A stretch of 63,359 bases of DNA, filler included, from Bigelowiella natans CCMP2755 (taxonomy: Eukaryota > Protista > Cercozoa): NCBI GenBank assembly GCA_000320545.1. It is 9 parts of 9 records of this genome, joined end to end, with 100 filler letters (N's around TTAATTAATTAA, not from the genome) between each part and the next. Parts side by side here need not be neighbours in the genome. Positions count along the whole stretch, not along the records: positions 61,550 to 63,359 come from ADNK01001743.1; 8 more parts are not named here. One strand, 5' to 3'. A program made the translations under genes and the position numbers. The notes under the pieces are model-generated. The model saw nothing but the letters and a program-made list of their open reading frames with translations. It did no database searches and was not told the origin of the DNA. Of this stretch, positions 62,816 to 63,359 are shown piece by piece. The first letter of the stretch is position 1. Each line of letters opens with the position of its first letter.

Positions 62816-63359
62816 GTGGCCTCGCTTTAGCTACCACGCACTCATATCAGCAGCAGCAGCAGCCAATGATTTGTAGCATTGTTAGACTAGTTCTTTGATT
62901 AGCGGGATCCTCCATTCGCACCAGATTCCTTGTGTCTTGTAGCCGCTTTTCGGCCAAGTGAAAGGAGAGGGGCGGGGGGGAGGGAGGGGGGGGGAGGGGA
63001 TGGGAATGGTCCAATTGCACTGGTTTTGATTTTCTTCCGGATTGAAGGAAAGAGACAGAAGTCATCATCGTTGAATCATCGTGTCCGATCTAACCACGTA
63101 CGATGCGGTGCAAGGAGGCTCAAAAAAGGCATCATGCATATCATCCAGAGGCAGAGCCTCATCATCATCATCTTAAAAGGCAGCTTTTGAGGCCCAATGT
63201 GTACTTTCATCGGATGGAACCCTTTGCATCACTCTCCGAGCGCACATCTACTCGTCGGGTGATACGAATGGGAACAACTGACCCTTGTCGTTGTGGCGGT
63301 TGCTCATCATGTAGTGCAGTGAAGAGCTCATCAATTCTAAAGGGAGGGGGTTATGGTGG

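Overview
Eukaryotic (protist-like) nuclear DNA with GT-AG introns full of microsatellites. It is made of nine contigs joined by artificial 100-nt N/TTAATTAATTAA linkers, so adjacency across the linkers is not guaranteed. Recognisable host genes or gene parts: a Clu-domain protein probably fused to an LRR domain, a RING protein, the GMP synthase 3' exon, LRRC49, an RNI-like LRR protein, a TSP1-repeat protein, a SAM-like protein, a Na+/H+ exchanger 5' end, SDHB, a Pumilio-like 5' end, an AMP-binding ligase, a Regnase/NYN RNase and a ZRANB2-like zinc-finger protein. Two very young LTR retroelements are present. (1) An intact Ty1/copia element (10874-17973) has TG...AA LTRs carrying a 10+6-unit heat-shock-element array and a half-tRNAiMet primer site. 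(2) A 3.9-kb Ty3/gypsy-like element (41761-45650) has identical LTRs and encodes Gag, protease and integrase but no RT/RNase H; its integrase ends in what looks like a degenerate DIRS/phage-type N6-adenine methyltransferase domain. Both elements sit inside islands nearly devoid of TpA, where the few survivors are mostly CTAG and CpG is retained. Similar islands and a dense CTAG cluster occur elsewhere, suggesting a localized TA->CA/TG mutational process. All counts are manual and approximate, and all family assignments are from motif recognition, not database searches.
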